DNA of 64,000 nt from Chrysomallon squamiferum (GCA_012295275.1 CM022672.1:6696001-6760000); one strand, 5' to 3'; positions 40,114 through 56,242 are shown, counted from the stretch's first letter. A program made the numbers and translations. Notes: generated by a model not told the origin, from the letters alone.

Positions 40114-40180
<67 letters not shown>
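40114..40180. repeat. (CA)n microsatellite
   Basis: Directly visible. Confidence 0.95.
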
Positions 40181-40181
<1 letters not shown>

Positions 40182-40501
40182 GCATACGTACATATATAAA
40201 AAAAAACAAAAAAAAAAACTATTTACTGAATGAACAGTTTCGGTATTCAACAGTAACGTCTGGAAAGTAGTATGAAGTGAATTAGTGAATACTGATCTTC
40301 ACGAACGTCGGAAACTTTCGCTATGTCCCTTTGGGTTTACTTTTTTTTATTAACAGCACCTGTTTGATCGTTCTGTTGATCAGCCACTAATAGTTTCAAG
40401 GGCAGATTAATAATTTTGTCCTCTCAGAAAGTAATTAACAGTTATTAGAAGTGTATCACTTAATCGACACAAAAAAAAAAAAAAAAAAAAAAAGTTATAG
40501 T

Positions 40502-40550
<49 letters not shown>

Positions 40551-41227
40551 TCTTGGAAACAATAAACTATTTTTTTAAAACATTAATCAAACATTAATCA
40601 TTATTTGAGATAATTATCAAAGATTATTAGTTATATTTGATAATTTTTATATCATCAAAACCTGGAAGGAATTTAAAAAAAACTGCTTAAATAGTTATGG
40701 GTGGATTTAATTTTTTATTTTATTTTTTATTATTATTATTTTTAAAATTATTTTAAAAAAATAATATTAATAATAAAAATGTTTTATTCCTCGTTTCACG
40801 CATTTTCTGTTTTTCTTTATACTTTATATTAAATTAACTTGCATTACATTTATTTTTATTTTTATTTTATTTAATTTTATATAAAAAATTATTGTGTTTA
40901 CAGGCAATGTGTATTATTTTTATCTTATTTTACGTTATTTATTTTTTATTTTATCTTAAACAGCAAAGCGTTAAAAAAAATATATATATATATATTTGAA
41001 CATATTCCATTTAACTGCGGCTATTTTTACTATTAACATTCATTTAACGTATTTCTGACATGTACGACAAAAAACATACACCTATTTATTATTATTTTTT
41101 AAACGTATACGAGTCAACACACATCTGTCTAATTATCTTAAATCGTTTTATTTTTTAATTTTTATTATGGACGTTCATTTTGCAATAATAATCTGACCTT
41201 CAATTTTTATCAGTCAAGAAAAGCGAA

Positions 41228-41259
<32 letters not shown>

Positions 41260-41708
41260 GATATATTTTTGAAAAGAACGTACATAAATCTCACTTGAAA
41301 AAAAAGAGCTAAAATAGTAATAAAATAAAATTAAGCTATTTTGAAACATCAAAAAAATATATTTGACATAACTGCCCTCAACCTCACTCCCCCCCAAAAA
41401 AGTATAATAAATAAATAAAAATAAGACAGAAAGAAACGACATGAATACCAGGCTTTCATTCAATCATAAGTGTCATTAATGATATCTAAAGTTATAGGAA
41501 CTGATAGTGCGTCGAGCAAGGTAATACTATATTATATATATCTATATATATATACACACATATATTTGTGTTAAGAATGAAATGAAAAGACGTGAATGCA
41601 TTAAACCAAGTTTCTGTCTATATAAAATATCAGTCGTTATCTTCAAAGCTTCAGGAAAGAATAGTTGAATCTGAGGTTAAATATAAATTGAAATTTTGAA
41701 GGCGTATT

Positions 41709-42054
<346 letters not shown>

Positions 42055-42311
42055 CCTGCTGCCTACCTATTTATCTATTTATCTTCTCTCTCTCTGTATC
42101 TCTAAAGCTCTATCACTCTACCTTTTTCTGTCTCTTCTCATGAAGTTCTGTATGTTAAATGTTTTTAAATGCACAAAATCACACACTTCTTATTACATCA
42201 GTCTGCCTAATCCTGCATCCGTCCAATATAGCAGTCCATTTTCACAACTATTCATTCTTCCATTCAGTCCATCTCTCCCGCCAGCCTCTGCAAAACAATC
42301 CATTTCTCCTC

Positions 42312-42995
42312 CCTTATACCCGATACATCCATACATTTCTACTACCTTGTACCCGATACATCAATACATATCTACCACCTTGTACCCGATACATCAATAT
42401 ATATCTACCACCTTGTACCCGATACATCCATACATTTCTACTACCTTGTACCCGATACATCAATATATATCTACCACCTTGTACCCGATACATCAATATA
42501 TATCTACCACCTTGTACCCGATACATCAATACATATCTACCACCTTGTACCCGATACATCAATACATATCTACCACCTTGTACCCGATACATCCATACAT
42601 ATCTACCACCTTGTACCCGATACATCAATACATATCTACCACCTTGTACCCGATACATCAATACATATCTACCACCTTGTACCCGATACATCAATACATA
42701 TCTACCACCTTGTACCCGATACATCAATACATATCTACTACCTTGTACCCGATACATCAATATATATCTACCACCTTGTACCCGATATAGCAATACATAT
42801 CTACTACCTTGTACCCGATACAGCAATACATATCTACCACCTTGTACCCGATACAGCAATACATATCTACCATCTTGTACCCGATACATCAATACGTATC
42901 TACCACCTTGTACCCGATACATCAATACATAGCTACCACCTTGTACCCGATACATCAATACATATCTACCACCTTCTACCTGATACAGAAATACG
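42312..42995. repeat. 33-bp minisatellite, ~20 copies (CCTTGTACCCGATACATCAATACATATCTACCA)
   Basis: Near-perfect tandem units; explains the 11-aa-periodic ORFs in several frames. Confidence 0.95.
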
Positions 42996-45329
42996 TGTTT
43001 CCCACCGCCCACCCAATATAGCAATCCATCTCTCTCAAAACCCGTCCATCACATGATTCCATCTCTTCCACTGTTCATTCATTCCACGCATCCATCTGTC
43101 TCGCTGCCCATCAGTGCAGTAGTTGTCTCTCTCTCTCTGTCTCTTCCACGTACTCATCTGCAGACGTACCTTCTTTAAAAATAACAAACCTGAAACGAGG
43201 AATTCCGTTCGTCTGATATCTAATAGTTTGATATAAAAGTAGTTATAATTATTGTTTGATATATACTCTTTATATAAGTATTTACAGTTATTACTAGTCT
43301 ACATATTGCGTATTTTAATATCCGTTAATTTCGTATTATATAAATACTAGTAAAAACATTATTAAATTATTACTGTTCGTTTTATGTTATTAGACTACTA
43401 CACATAATATTATCACTTCATATTGTATAGTTAATACACCAATATACCGCATCCGTCATTCAACCGTTATAATTACTGTATAGATACAGAACCATATTTA
43501 TACCTAACATTTACAGTTACATTAAAAACATATTAAAATAGACATAGTTATGGTCACAGACACAAAGAGAGGGTTGTGTGTAATAACAATCCGTCTACCA
43601 ATAATATGAATATTAACATATATATATACAGACACACACATACACACCACACACACACACACACACACAAACCATCCCTTTCTTCTCAATTGAATGTTGT
43701 TATATATATATCAGGACATGTTAATCATATCATGTAACGAAGATATGAGATAGGAAATTAGCTTTCACATTCCGCATGCGATTGAGAAGAAAGGGATGGT
43801 TTATTTGGACCTTCTCGTACACACGAAAAATAATGTCGAAGGCGAGGCACTGGGTAGAACAAGAAACAGCCAAGACAATTACACATTTATATTTTGGGGA
43901 ATGTTCTAATAAACAGAAAAAAAAAGTCTCTTCATTCATATTTGAAATATTTTGATTAAATAAAAAAAAAAAAAAAAAAAAAAAAGAAGATAAGAGAAAC
44001 GCTTTAAAATATACATACACACCCAGACACACATACATACGCACGCAAACACATATACAACATATACAACTGAGTACATTCGTAGACATTTATGACACAT
44101 AGATATATCTAATATATCTACATACATTGTATTATATCTAAGCATACAATTTGATAACATACATTACAGAGACATAACGGATGCAAATATTGATATACAT
44201 AATTATCTACATAAAAATAAAGGAAAATCTACCTCCCTGTCTACCTGCATGCCTACACATGTTCGTATATAGAGATACATACAGAGCTACGTACACAGAT
44301 ACATAAACACAAACACATATACATTCACATTCACACACACATATATATACATACATATACACATACACACACGCACACGCACACGCACAAAAATGTAACT
44401 ATACATCCGCATACACCTACAACAAGCAATAACTCCATTCATCTCAGAAAGCGATTCACACTTACAAGAGTTGCGTTGGGTGCAAGAAGGGAGGGGTGCA
44501 CGAACGTGCAAAGACATTAACGTTTCACAATACATCTATCTGTCTTTGTTACTGGAATGCTTTACCACATGTTCTTCGCGTTTAATATTTGAATGGAGAC
44601 GTATATTCAATGCGTACTGCATTCGGGATTGAAGTTTTTCGGCGTATGCGTACCTAAAATACTACTGTAAACTGTTGCGCACTTGAGCTCGCCAATTATT
44701 GCCCGTGCACGTGCGGTAGCCGTTGGAATCTGGCACAGTGAGTGAAAAGCTCTGTCAATTAATACCAAACATTGAAAAAAATGCATAACTTCGTCTTCTC
44801 TGCAATTTGATCGTCTAACGCAGCTAATATTTTGCAGCCTGGAAAAATCTGTGTCTTTCTTTTTTCTTCTTCTTCTTCTCTCTCTCCTCTTTTTCTTTTC
44901 ACAAATCACCAAAGTTCTAATTAAGGTTAAACTCTTAGAAGCTCTCTTTTTTGCTTCGATATAGACAGACAGCTATGAATGGAAATCAATAAACAAAACA
45001 AAAAATAATACCGATTATATTTAAAAATAATTATTATGTGTTGGTAAAAGCTGATACATTTTCTTTTTTCGTCTTGAATTTATCTTTCAAAATATACAAA
45101 AACAACCAATATTTAAAAAAAAAAAATTGGAAAAATTAGAAAAAAAAAAAAAAAAAAAGAATAGAAAAGAAATGTTTATTATTATTATTATTATTATTAC
45201 AGCTACTATAACAGAGTATATAAAAACACAAGCAAGTTATTTAAGTCGATAACAACAACAACAAGAAGAACCCGTACCGGGCGACCCTGGATTTTAGCTG
45301 ATCATCATACACCAATAATTACCGACCAG

Positions 45330-45521
45330 TTGATGCCACACATTCATTTCTGTGCGAATCAGACGTAACGGGCGATTTTCTCTCCCAATAACTGACAGAG
45401 AGCCTGGCCGAATCGCACACAGACTCGCCGGGAGCCGCCACGACATTCACCGAGACCCGCCCAACGCTCGCCGACTTCCTGCTTCTGTTGTTCGCTGTGA
45501 GGACAGCCGCTAGGCAGCAGC
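45330..45521 (+). promoter_or_regulatory. GC/CpG-rich promoter and 5' UTR of the FABP-family gene
   Basis: Local GC/CpG enrichment immediately upstream of ATG 45522, with CCAAT (~45385) and a CCCGCCC GC-box (~45455). Confidence 0.45.
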
Positions 45522-45597
45522 ATGGCTCTCGACTGCTTTCTGGGAAAGTGGAGAGAAGAAAGTAAAGAAGGGTTCGACGAGTTGGCTGAAGCTATAG
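45522..45597 (+). CDS. Exon 1 of a fatty-acid-binding protein / intracellular lipid-binding protein family gene (remaining exons not found in the window)
   Basis: MALDCFLGKWREESKEGFDELAEAIG|GTAAGT. Matches the FABP N-terminal signature F-x-G-x-W...F-D-E...G with the conserved phase-1 first intron, a good Kozak context (AGCATGG) and a perfect donor site. Confidence 0.8.
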
Positions 45598-46473
45598 GTA
45601 AGTCGTTGTTGTATTTATGTGTTTGTTTGTTTTTGTTTTTTCGTCGTCTTCGTCTTCTTCTTCTTCTTGTTCTGTTAAATGTTATATCGTAATTAAAGGT
45701 ATAAAAATAGCTGTGTAAATTCTGTACTGTCTGACTGCGTTTGTCTCTAATTAGATTTTTTTTTTTAATGTTTTTTTTTTTTAATGTTTTATTTTGATTA
45801 TTATTGTTACTTTCTTTTTTATTCTCTATTTTGTTTCTTGTTCTAATTGTTTTTATTCTTTTTCTTTTTAAATCCTTTTCTTCTTCTTCTTATTTTTTTA
45901 AATTCTTTTATCTTTTGTCTGTTTTCTTATTTGCTTTTTTCTCCCTGTAGTTAAAGCTATTTGAAACTGTCTAACATTTTAAAAACCCCAGCTTTTAAAA
46001 AAAAAAATTAGTTTTGTATTTATAACTTTAACTATACTTTTTACTTTATCTGAACATTTTCCAAGAATATAAAAAAAAGAAGAAGAAAAAAAGATTCCCC
46101 CCACTGGTAATATATCACTGTTTCTTTAATAAAGCTAATTTTAAGAATATGTTATTTAATTGTTATAATTGGGTTTATACGTATTGTCTGAACCTTCCCC
46201 CATATCTTTTATCGCTGTCGCTGCTATTCTAAGACTCGACATCACAAAAGCGATATATTATTGTTAATACATTTAATCGTATTCGTTTCGTTCAGTTAAA
46301 AAAGAAATACGATTATATTTATTGCATCAGTTGTGAGTACCATGCAGTATATTATCGAACAAAAACAGAAGCATGTGAATCCGAACGGAAAAAAATCGTC
46401 AAAAATCAATTCTAATTCGATTTATCTCTTGTATTCAGCTTTGAAAAATAATTATTTTCACATACATTGTGTT

Positions 46474-46513
<40 letters not shown>

Positions 46514-47643
46514 TGTGTGTGTGTACAGTGTTTTTATGTGTGTATAGTTTTTACGGATGGACGAGTGTCTAAGTATGTTTTTATGTAGGTCGTTCATATG
46601 TATGAATATATGTAAATGTTTCTGTCTGAGTATCTATGAACATATTATTTAGATGCAAACATTCGTGTGTAATTGTTCATCCGAGCATGCGCGTTCGTAC
46701 GAGCTGTACAAATATAAAGAGATAAATGTACAGACACAAAACAGATGAATAATAATAAGTAAATAGATAGGAGACAAAGAGATAGAGACAGAGACAGCTA
46801 ATCTATGATTTCAGTCTAACAACATTAATTGATTAAAAATATCCATTAAACGAAATCCGCTTCAAAGATAATGAAAGAAAAATATGCAATATAAGGATCT
46901 TAACTGCATTAAAAAACAGCGTGCTTCTTGATCATTTTCGTGTAAAAGAATAAGTAAACTCTTCTGCTCTTTAATTTCATTAAAAATAAGTTCTTTCAAA
47001 TTTTTTTATTTCGAACGGATTATATCTTTATAATTAATAAAACGATATTTTTTTAACGTTGTAGAAATATTAATGTTAATTTTTTTCATTTATTATATAA
47101 GCTGTTTTAATTAAATAAAAAACTAAAAAATTAAGAATCTCTTTATTTTTAATAAAGATGGCCGAAAAATCAGAATGTTGTGACTATTAATATTTATATT
47201 TTGAAAAAACCCAACATTACTCATGTACTGAGCCAAACATGGCCGAAATGCGATGGGAGGTGCTGACCTTATTACCGATGCGATATTTGATGTGACCTAA
47301 TTGGAGACGTTAAGCCCTTCCCCACCCCCAAAAATTTCAGGGAAGGTACGGCATTGTACTACAAAGTTTGTGTAGAAATATTGGCTTGAATTCCGTGTTT
47401 GTCTGCAACATAGCGGCCATTCAATGGGACAGGAACACTGGTTGTGTGTGTTAACGAAAATGTACGAGTGTGTTTTCAGACAGCTGCCTGTTTAAAGTCG
47501 GCTTAGCGACATGATGACGTTTGTTTGCTGTCGATGATCTCTGAATAATGCCGTATCAAACAAGTCACAGTTTGCAGTCGAAGCACAATGTTAATGTGTG
47601 TTTTTGGATAATATTTAGAAAGATTAAGAAGAGGGTGGATGGG

Positions 47644-47645
<2 letters not shown>

Positions 47646-47733
<88 letters not shown>

Positions 47734-47795
47734 TAGATAGATAGATAGATAGATAGACAGACAGATCTACAGAAAGACTAATTTTGTATTGTGTA

Positions 47796-47875
<80 letters not shown>
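47646..47875. repeat. (GA)n / (GATA)n microsatellite cluster
   Basis: Directly visible. Confidence 0.9.
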
Positions 47876-47878
<3 letters not shown>

Positions 47879-48137
47879 AATAAAATGATGAAGAAGTGGG
47901 GAACAGAGAAAGATAAAAAGAGTTAAAAATGCATGAAAAGGAGAGAAAGAAAGAGGGTACAAAACAGAAATGACGACGAAAAGTGTCATAAATAAATTGA
48001 GAGAATGAGAAGAGTCTTAGAGAGTAGGCGAGAAAGTAAAAGCGAGCGAGAGAGAAAAGAAGCCTGAGAAGATGTAAATATATTGATAGACAAATACAAG
48101 AGGAAGCGAGAGGGAGAGAGAGCAAGGAATAGGGATG

Positions 48138-48175
<38 letters not shown>

Positions 48176-49400
48176 AAGAGAGTAGGATAAAGTTATAGAA
48201 GGATAGGATATCGAAAAACGAAAAGAAAAACAAAAACATTTTTAGCTTTCACTTCTGACATCATTACTAATCCTGTTTCACTAACCATATATGATAAATT
48301 ACTCGATAATTATTTCAGTTTGTCTCTCTCACGAACTTAACATATGGTCTTTAATGAATAACAACTGCCACAAAGCATAATACACAGAAATTTCTGTCAG
48401 AGTTAAAAATGGAGAAAGAAAAAATCATTAAGTTTTTCCAGATAACTAATTTACATGGTATTAATTAAGAGTTTTATGTTTGCGACGGGTGAAATTACGA
48501 AATAAACAAATAAAGACACCGACTGTGTTAGTCAGAGTAATAAGAATACCTTAATATTAAATGTTTTTATGCTTTATGATTTACGCTTTATGATAACGAT
48601 AGAAAAGGACTACTACTGCTGTTAGATTAGTAGCCATAGTGTTTTGTTTTGGTGTGTGTTTGTCTGTGTGTGCGTGCGTGCGCGTTCTTCTTATATATCC
48701 GTGGGCCACCGGTTTCAGTGGGAATTGCCACACGTGTTTACAATTGAGGACTAATATGCAGCAGAATCATTCCTCTTCAGTTTATACAATGGGTTATTTC
48801 CATTAATATTTTACAACTCTTATACGATAAATCGTTATATATATATTATATTTACAGACACAGCCACACACACACAAAAAGAAATTAAAAAAACTCAAAA
48901 CAAATATTATTCTGCCGTACAAGTTACTATTCTTGGCATTAAAAAAAAAAACAAACAAAAAAAACAAAAAACAAACAAATAATATTTTTTTTAAAAATGT
49001 ACGATGCAACAGGTCAGTCAAAAGCTGCAGGCAGTGACGTCCTCCACAAACACGTCCATTTATTTTAAAACACGTCGAGGCTGACGTAAACGTTTCTGTC
49101 GTAATGCCCGACTACAGGCCTGATGTTTGCTCTCACGTCGTTGTCGAGGAAGTTAAAGGTGCAAGATCCTATGTAGTTTACTTTTCTCTCGGTTCACAAA
49201 TAAAGCAGTGATTCCTCTTTTTATCCTTTTAGCACAGACACGCGCTAATAGAGAAAGAAATTCTACACCTCAGAAAAAACTCGCCTACACCCGTTTTCCA
49301 GCCCCAACCTGTTCTCCGTCTTTCGTTCCTTTCATCTTTCTTTTTTTTTCTCATCGAAATCGATTAAGAAATAACGGGGTTTTAACGTATGATAGTGATA

Positions 49401-49445
<45 letters not shown>

Positions 49446-50271
49446 AGACTGATATATATTTCCAAAAACGTTTTCAGTTTTCAAAGCATATTAAATATGT
49501 ACTTCAGTTTTCGAAACAACAACAACTACAACTTCTCTTCCTACTTCTACTGTACATTACCATTACCACTACTATCACTACTTTACTACTACTACTTCTT
49601 TTAAATTAGTATTAATACTACTACACTGCTGCTACTATTACTACTGCCAAAAATGTATTAAATATCTACTTTGTTCCGTAAAGTTTTCAGTACACCAACA
49701 ACTGCTACTATTACACGTGTATATTACTGCTATTACTATAACCACACTAAAGCCACTACAACTGCAACAATTATATTCCTTATTAACTTCAGTGTCATTA
49801 TTACTGTTATCCATCTCACTTTCTTCCTCTTGCACTTCCGACTACATCACTACCATCATCATGCTATTGCTCCTACTACTACTATATTACTGTTTTTGCT
49901 GCTACTACTACTACAACAACAAATACTATTACAACTGCTACTACTTTTACTATGCAGTTAATCTATGATACTACTACTAATTATAATTATAATAATGATG
50001 ATGACAATAACAATATCGGTAATATAATAACAGTAATAACAATAACAACGATGACGACGACAAGAACAACAATAGTGATAATAACAACAACGGTAATACT
50101 ACTAATAATAATAATAAACAGTTTGGGTTCATCAGTTTGTGGGAGTTCGTAGCAATAAAAAACATGCACACAAAGTTTTATTTACCAGTAAAAAATACTG
50201 ACGGGAATTGTTTTAGATGTTTTGGTAATTTTATTACTAAACTCTACATTAACTTCAAATGACTCATTCTC

Positions 50272-50307
<36 letters not shown>

Positions 50308-50681
50308 ATTGATGGTATCATTCGGTAAGCCGCTAGTTGCCGGGAAAATATTTGCTCAGTATTTTTAGTGAGTAGAGAATTTTATATTTACCATCAGTAT
50401 CGCAGGAATGTGGAAGCATGTATGTGTGTATGTATGTATCTATGCGTTTATGTAGACTGTGAATAATGATACAGGCCTCTATGCGTGCCTCTATGTAGCA
50501 GTTGTAGTAGCAATAGCAGGGGAGTTCGAATCCAGACTGTGCGGGTCGTTGAACTCGAAAGCAAAAAAAAAAAAAAAAAAAAAATCAGTAGTAAAGTAGA
50601 AGTAGTTAATTTAGTAATAATAGAAGTAGTACCAATAACATCAGTGGAACGAGTAGTAATAGAAATAGTACCAGTAATCAC

Positions 50682-50766
<85 letters not shown>

Positions 50767-52574
50767 AAGAGAGAGACACACACAGAATGCAAGAAAGAAA
50801 GTGAGAATACTACTAAAGATCTGGCAGCTTCTGTCAAATGCTGAACTGTAGAACTTTCTATGATAAAAAAACGTTAAAGGTTAAAACGTGTTTTATCCAA
50901 GAACGGATCTGACCAGACGAAATTTTTTTTTTTTTTTTTTTTTTTTCTCGTTCTAGTCTTGCAGACAGACATGTAACTTGGCTAACGTTGTTGACAAGAT
51001 ATGTCTGTTATCGGCTCTTAGAGGAAGGATTACTTTCATAGCTCTACATCATCTACTGTGTAATTGGCAGATAATTCTAAAAGCATTTTCCTTTGTGCGG
51101 CGGACCTTTCCACACTGGCGGAACGAGTCGCAATACTGGTGGCGCGCGCACACGAATCTCGCTGCAGGATTCTTTCACAGTTTGGCAGAATCGTTTGCCA
51201 GAGAAATTTCACTGTGGCATTTTCCTCATTCTTTTTTTTTAGTCTTCTTCTCATTTTAAAATTTTTAAAAATATTTTTTTTAACGATAATTGGCGAGTCC
51301 CAACTGCGATTTTTTTGTAGATAATTTTTCTCAAGAATAAATGTTTAAAACGTGACTTCTGGAAACGAGTATCGTTTTTATTACGTAATGACTGATGCGA
51401 TTATGAAATTATTTAATGTCTCCTTGAGGGTTTATTTGTGAATAGAGAAACGGAGAGACAGACAAACGAAGCAATAAAATGGGACGTAAAGATTAGAGCT
51501 ACAGATATGCATAAAAGGAGAGAGAGAAAGAGAGTGGGTGTAAATTGTGGAATTTAGCATCCAGTACACTTTGTGCTTCCTATTTTGAGAGACCTGTTCT
51601 GAGTAACAGTCATATCACGATTTACATCTTTGAACATTTTGCAATCAGTTTTAACATGCTAACTTTTTTTGTCTGTATTTACTGCTAGCTTCAGAAGAGA
51701 GATATCTCTCTATATAATAAGTCTTCAATAAAACTGGTATACTATACATGTTAAGGTATATGTAAAAAAAATTCAGTATACTTCAGTGCACCTCAAAAAC
51801 TACAGCAGACTTCAGCAGACGCGAACCCAGGACCAGCTGGGTTGATTAAACTGAGGATGGTGCCAATTAGATTCATTTTGATGCTAAACCTATTCCTTTG
51901 ACCTGAAATCCTGCTCTTTCGACATGTCACAAGAACTTAATTCGATACAAAGGTTCATTTGCAGACGATTTAAATTAGGTGCATTTCTGGTGCATAACCT
52001 CGAACAGGTTAGAACTTGACACGAAAGGCATGAAAACGACGCTTTTGGCATTTCCTCAACAACATTGTCTATTAAATTGATTTTTTTAAATGTTTTTTTT
52101 TATTTGATATACAGTGCTTTTTCTCTTTCTTTTTACGTATATAAAAGAGGTATGATTGACTAAATGAAACCCTACCTTCATTTCTAAGATTTTGGCGTAA
52201 AAACTAAATTAGAATGTAGATATAAGAACTACTGGCTTTTAAGTTTTGATTTGTCTATCGTATTACTTCTGTCAGTATGTGGGTGTTTATTTATTTGTTT
52301 GTTTGTAAATGTATTTATTTATTTGTTTTCATACAAATTTATTTACTTATTTATTTATTTGTTTGTTGGTTGTTTTATAAATTTATTTATTTATTTATGT
52401 TCTTGCTTATTGTAGCTGATGATGATGATATTATTGTCGTTATTATTTATATATAGTATTTTATTCTAAATTTATAAATGTCAAACACCTTTCAGAGCAT
52501 GCAGCGACTGCCGATAAATGCCATTAACTAATAAAATGAAACACAAATTAATGCGCACGATTGCTTTATATCAG

Positions 52575-53005
52575 TGTCAAAAGACTGCATCGTATTGCTG
52601 CATACACCTTAGCTCGTAATAATACAAGTCAGTTTTCGTGTTCGAATACAAACTGTTTCTTCGTACTATTCTGTCGGCGCAAGATTAGACGTATCTGCAA
52701 ACCTCGTACAACAGTGCACCTCGTTACCCCCAAAACCCAAATCCCCGTTCTCTCAGCCTGTCTGCATGTTGTGTTTCACAAAATGAAAACAATTCTTCCT
52801 CGCTTCCAAAACACGAGCGAGAAGCGGTAAGCAACAACTGCTTTTAATTTTAAATATGCATTGTGTTGAGGCTTTTTTTTTTTTTTCTGTTTATGATGCT
52901 TCTGTAATTTCCGCCAATTACATGACTGGGACCAGACGTTGTTGACTTCATTGAATGAAATACAAGACAGGAGAGAGCAGCGGGGCACGTGACTGATGCC
53001 TGGTT

Positions 53006-53041
<36 letters not shown>

Positions 53042-53170
53042 TCCATCCTGTTGTTAAAGGACCACCCTCAAATATCAGCCGGTTTCATACATGAACGTTG
53101 TCAAGATATTATGTACTTAAATATTATCAAACGTTATATACCTAAATATAACATATAATATCACAAATCC

Positions 53171-53202
<32 letters not shown>

Positions 53203-55529
53203 TAGAATTAAATCATATATTTATAATAACTCTAGATCCTTCCACTGGAACCGTGTAGACGAAACTGTTTTCTCTAAGACATTTTGACTTACAACACTGA
53301 TAAATAAAACAAAAATAATCAAATGTCCTTTGGATCCTTGATAATGCTTAAGAAAATACAGAGATCCTGAAACTAAAAGTTGATTAAAATGAACCGCCTC
53401 TGCTTCGGGTCCTCAATAACTTTAAAGAGTTTTTAAGACGAAAAAGTTTGAGAACAGCTGCACTAAAACTCTCCTTGTATCGTTCTGTGTGTTTTCTTTC
53501 TTTCTCTGTGTATTCTAACAGGCTTGTATTTGTCTTATCTCTTTTTATCTTGTTCTGTGGAGTCCGATTTCCATTTCACTTTCAAGACCTACATCACCGA
53601 CAATAACTAATCTGTATTATTCTCTTTTTTTTATCAATGCATCACATCAACTGTTGTGTTTCTCCGTTTCCAGTATCAGTCTTCTTATTTGTCATCAGGT
53701 GTATCAGGAACATCCTACACCGATGATAAGTAGCAAATGACTCGAAGGGAATTTGTATGTTTTCTTCACCGCAAATAGGTTATTGTATACATGTAAAATG
53801 TTTCTTGTTTATTGTGGCAGGGATTCCTATAAACAGATCGCTATAAGACAGGCCCGGGGCAGGTGCTTCTGTTTAACTGGCCCGATTTACCACAAACACG
53901 AAACTACGTTCTGTTTCCAGACAATGTGTCTTCCATTCTGATTGTATCTGTGCTATTTGTGTGCAGGTAGTTACAGAAGACGTCTAAAAAAAAAAAAAAT
54001 ATATTTTTATTTTATTTTTTATTCTTTTCTGTTTCAAAGGTAATGGAATGAAATAATATTTTGTATAGCGATATTTCCGATCGTCTTTTTAATCTACTGT
54101 TACGTACGGTCATGTATGATTCGTTTAAAAATGATACAGTTTATGAGATTTGAAACTATATTCCGCCATATTGCATTTCTTCAATCAGCAGCTACATATC
54201 TTTTATATATACGTTCCCGTAGACAGGGGAAAAAACTTTGATAAACGAGTAGTAACGTAGATCAATATATTACTTTATATGTACACAAATAGTCCATTAG
54301 AGGTGCGTCTTCTGCCACACAGTGTACGTTTCGAATAGCAACAAGGGAATTTTTATATTCGCTTACCCTTGAACAGAAACAAAAACATTTGATAAATCAG
54401 AAGTAAGGCAGTGCCTTGAAAGGGAGGCAAAACAAGTCTATAGAAGAATCTGAAAAGGACTGAACTCGCGACCATTCACGTTTCACACCAGCGTTCTGTG
54501 ACTGAATTACAGACTCCGCCATTGTCAAAACTGATTTATATATTTGAGTCATTTTTTTTTTTTTAAATTAAACACGAAACTCCGATATTAAAAATGAAAA
54601 TAGTAACTAAAATAGAGTGCCTTTTATCTGAATAATTTGCATCATTTATTTAAATATTAAACATCGAATATGTCGCGTCTGCAAACACAGAACATGATCA
54701 GAGTTTCGCTGGTAATTATCTTCGTGTCTGTGTTTTAAATCACGCCATTTTGACGAACGGTGTTCGATAAATATGCAGATAGACCAGTAATGAGGGAATA
54801 GAATTTCAAAACGTGTATATTTGTTGATGTCACGAAAAACAAAACAAAAATCATAAAAACATTACATAATGAAGAATATAAAACGGAATAATATAATGAA
54901 CTGGAACATGCAGACACTAATAGTTTCTTTTTTCATTAAAAAACAAAGATATTTTTCCTATAAACCGCGCTATCTCTATTCTCGTATGGATAAATTACTT
55001 ACTATTTATATTTTTAAAGGACACCTAAACACATTTTGTTTGAATGGTAATTGTATATTAATTATTATTGATATCGTTAAAACCCGGGGGTTTTGGGGTA
55101 TTTTTTTCCTCCATATTATTATACTGGTATCAAAGAAGACATCCGCTATCTCCACTTCAGAAATTAAATCAATCTTGAAGACATGACGAAGTGGATGTCG
55201 GTCTTTCGACTGGTAGATACTAGGATCGCTTCCAGTCATATGATTCTATTCTAAAGTTAATTAGGAGAAGATAAGACCATCACACTCCATCTTCTCTCTA
55301 ATTAATCTTTTATCGCGAACTGACAACTCAGAGTTCCAAACAACGGACACACGACAAGTTTTCAGCTCATATAACCACGTTTCAAAAGGATGGCTCTTTC
55401 GCTTGAGTATTAACAGCAAATCATCCCATGTGTCTATCTATCTTCTGTATGTCTGTCTCTCTTTATCTCAGTTTGTGTACGTGTGTGTGTGTGTGTGTGT
55501 GTATGATGAGTGAGTGTGTGTATGAGTGA

Positions 55530-55587
<58 letters not shown>

Positions 55588-56242
55588 TAAATCCATTCTG
55601 GAACCCTAGAAAATAACTGGATGTGAGCACCGAAAACAAACGATGCTGGAATACACCAGAATGTGGACTTCACAGCCTGTTCTTATCGTCTGGTTAATTT
55701 ACCTTCTATTACGCAAACTGGTACGTAGTTAGTTAGGCGAATATCTGCAGAAAACCCCCATTTATTAATAACGTGGATTATAATATTTATGGTAAATTCT
55801 GAATCCACGTTTCTACTGTTTCACAAATCAATAAATGAGTGTCAAGTTTCTGGACGGAATAGATCACTGGCTTCGTTTATGAATTATTTTTACTGAGAAA
55901 AATCTTTTTCTGACTTCGTGAATCGATTGTTAGCTGTTCGTAAAATGTGTTTGTTCATACTGAGCATTTTTAAAATAAAAAGAAATAATATATTTCAGTG
56001 TGTTTTCTAATAAATGGTTATTAGATCAAACATTTATTATGGGAATATAATTATAATATGAGAGAAAAACGTAACTGCAATTATGTTATATTATGTTGTG
56101 CTATATTATGCCGTGATATAATATATTATGCTGTTTTAACTTATTTTCATCGTTTAATATTAATGTCAAAAGACTGCATCGACTGCATCGTACCTTAGTT
56201 CTTATTAATACAAGTCACAGTTTTCGTGACTAAGTACAACTG
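52575..56242 (+). repeat. Two diverged copies of an ~80-bp dispersed repeat (52575-52656 and 56164-56242)
   Basis: Both read TGTCAAAAGACTGCATCG...CCTTAG.TC.TA.TAATACAAGTCA..GTTTTCGTG...TACAA.CTG. Confidence 0.65.
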
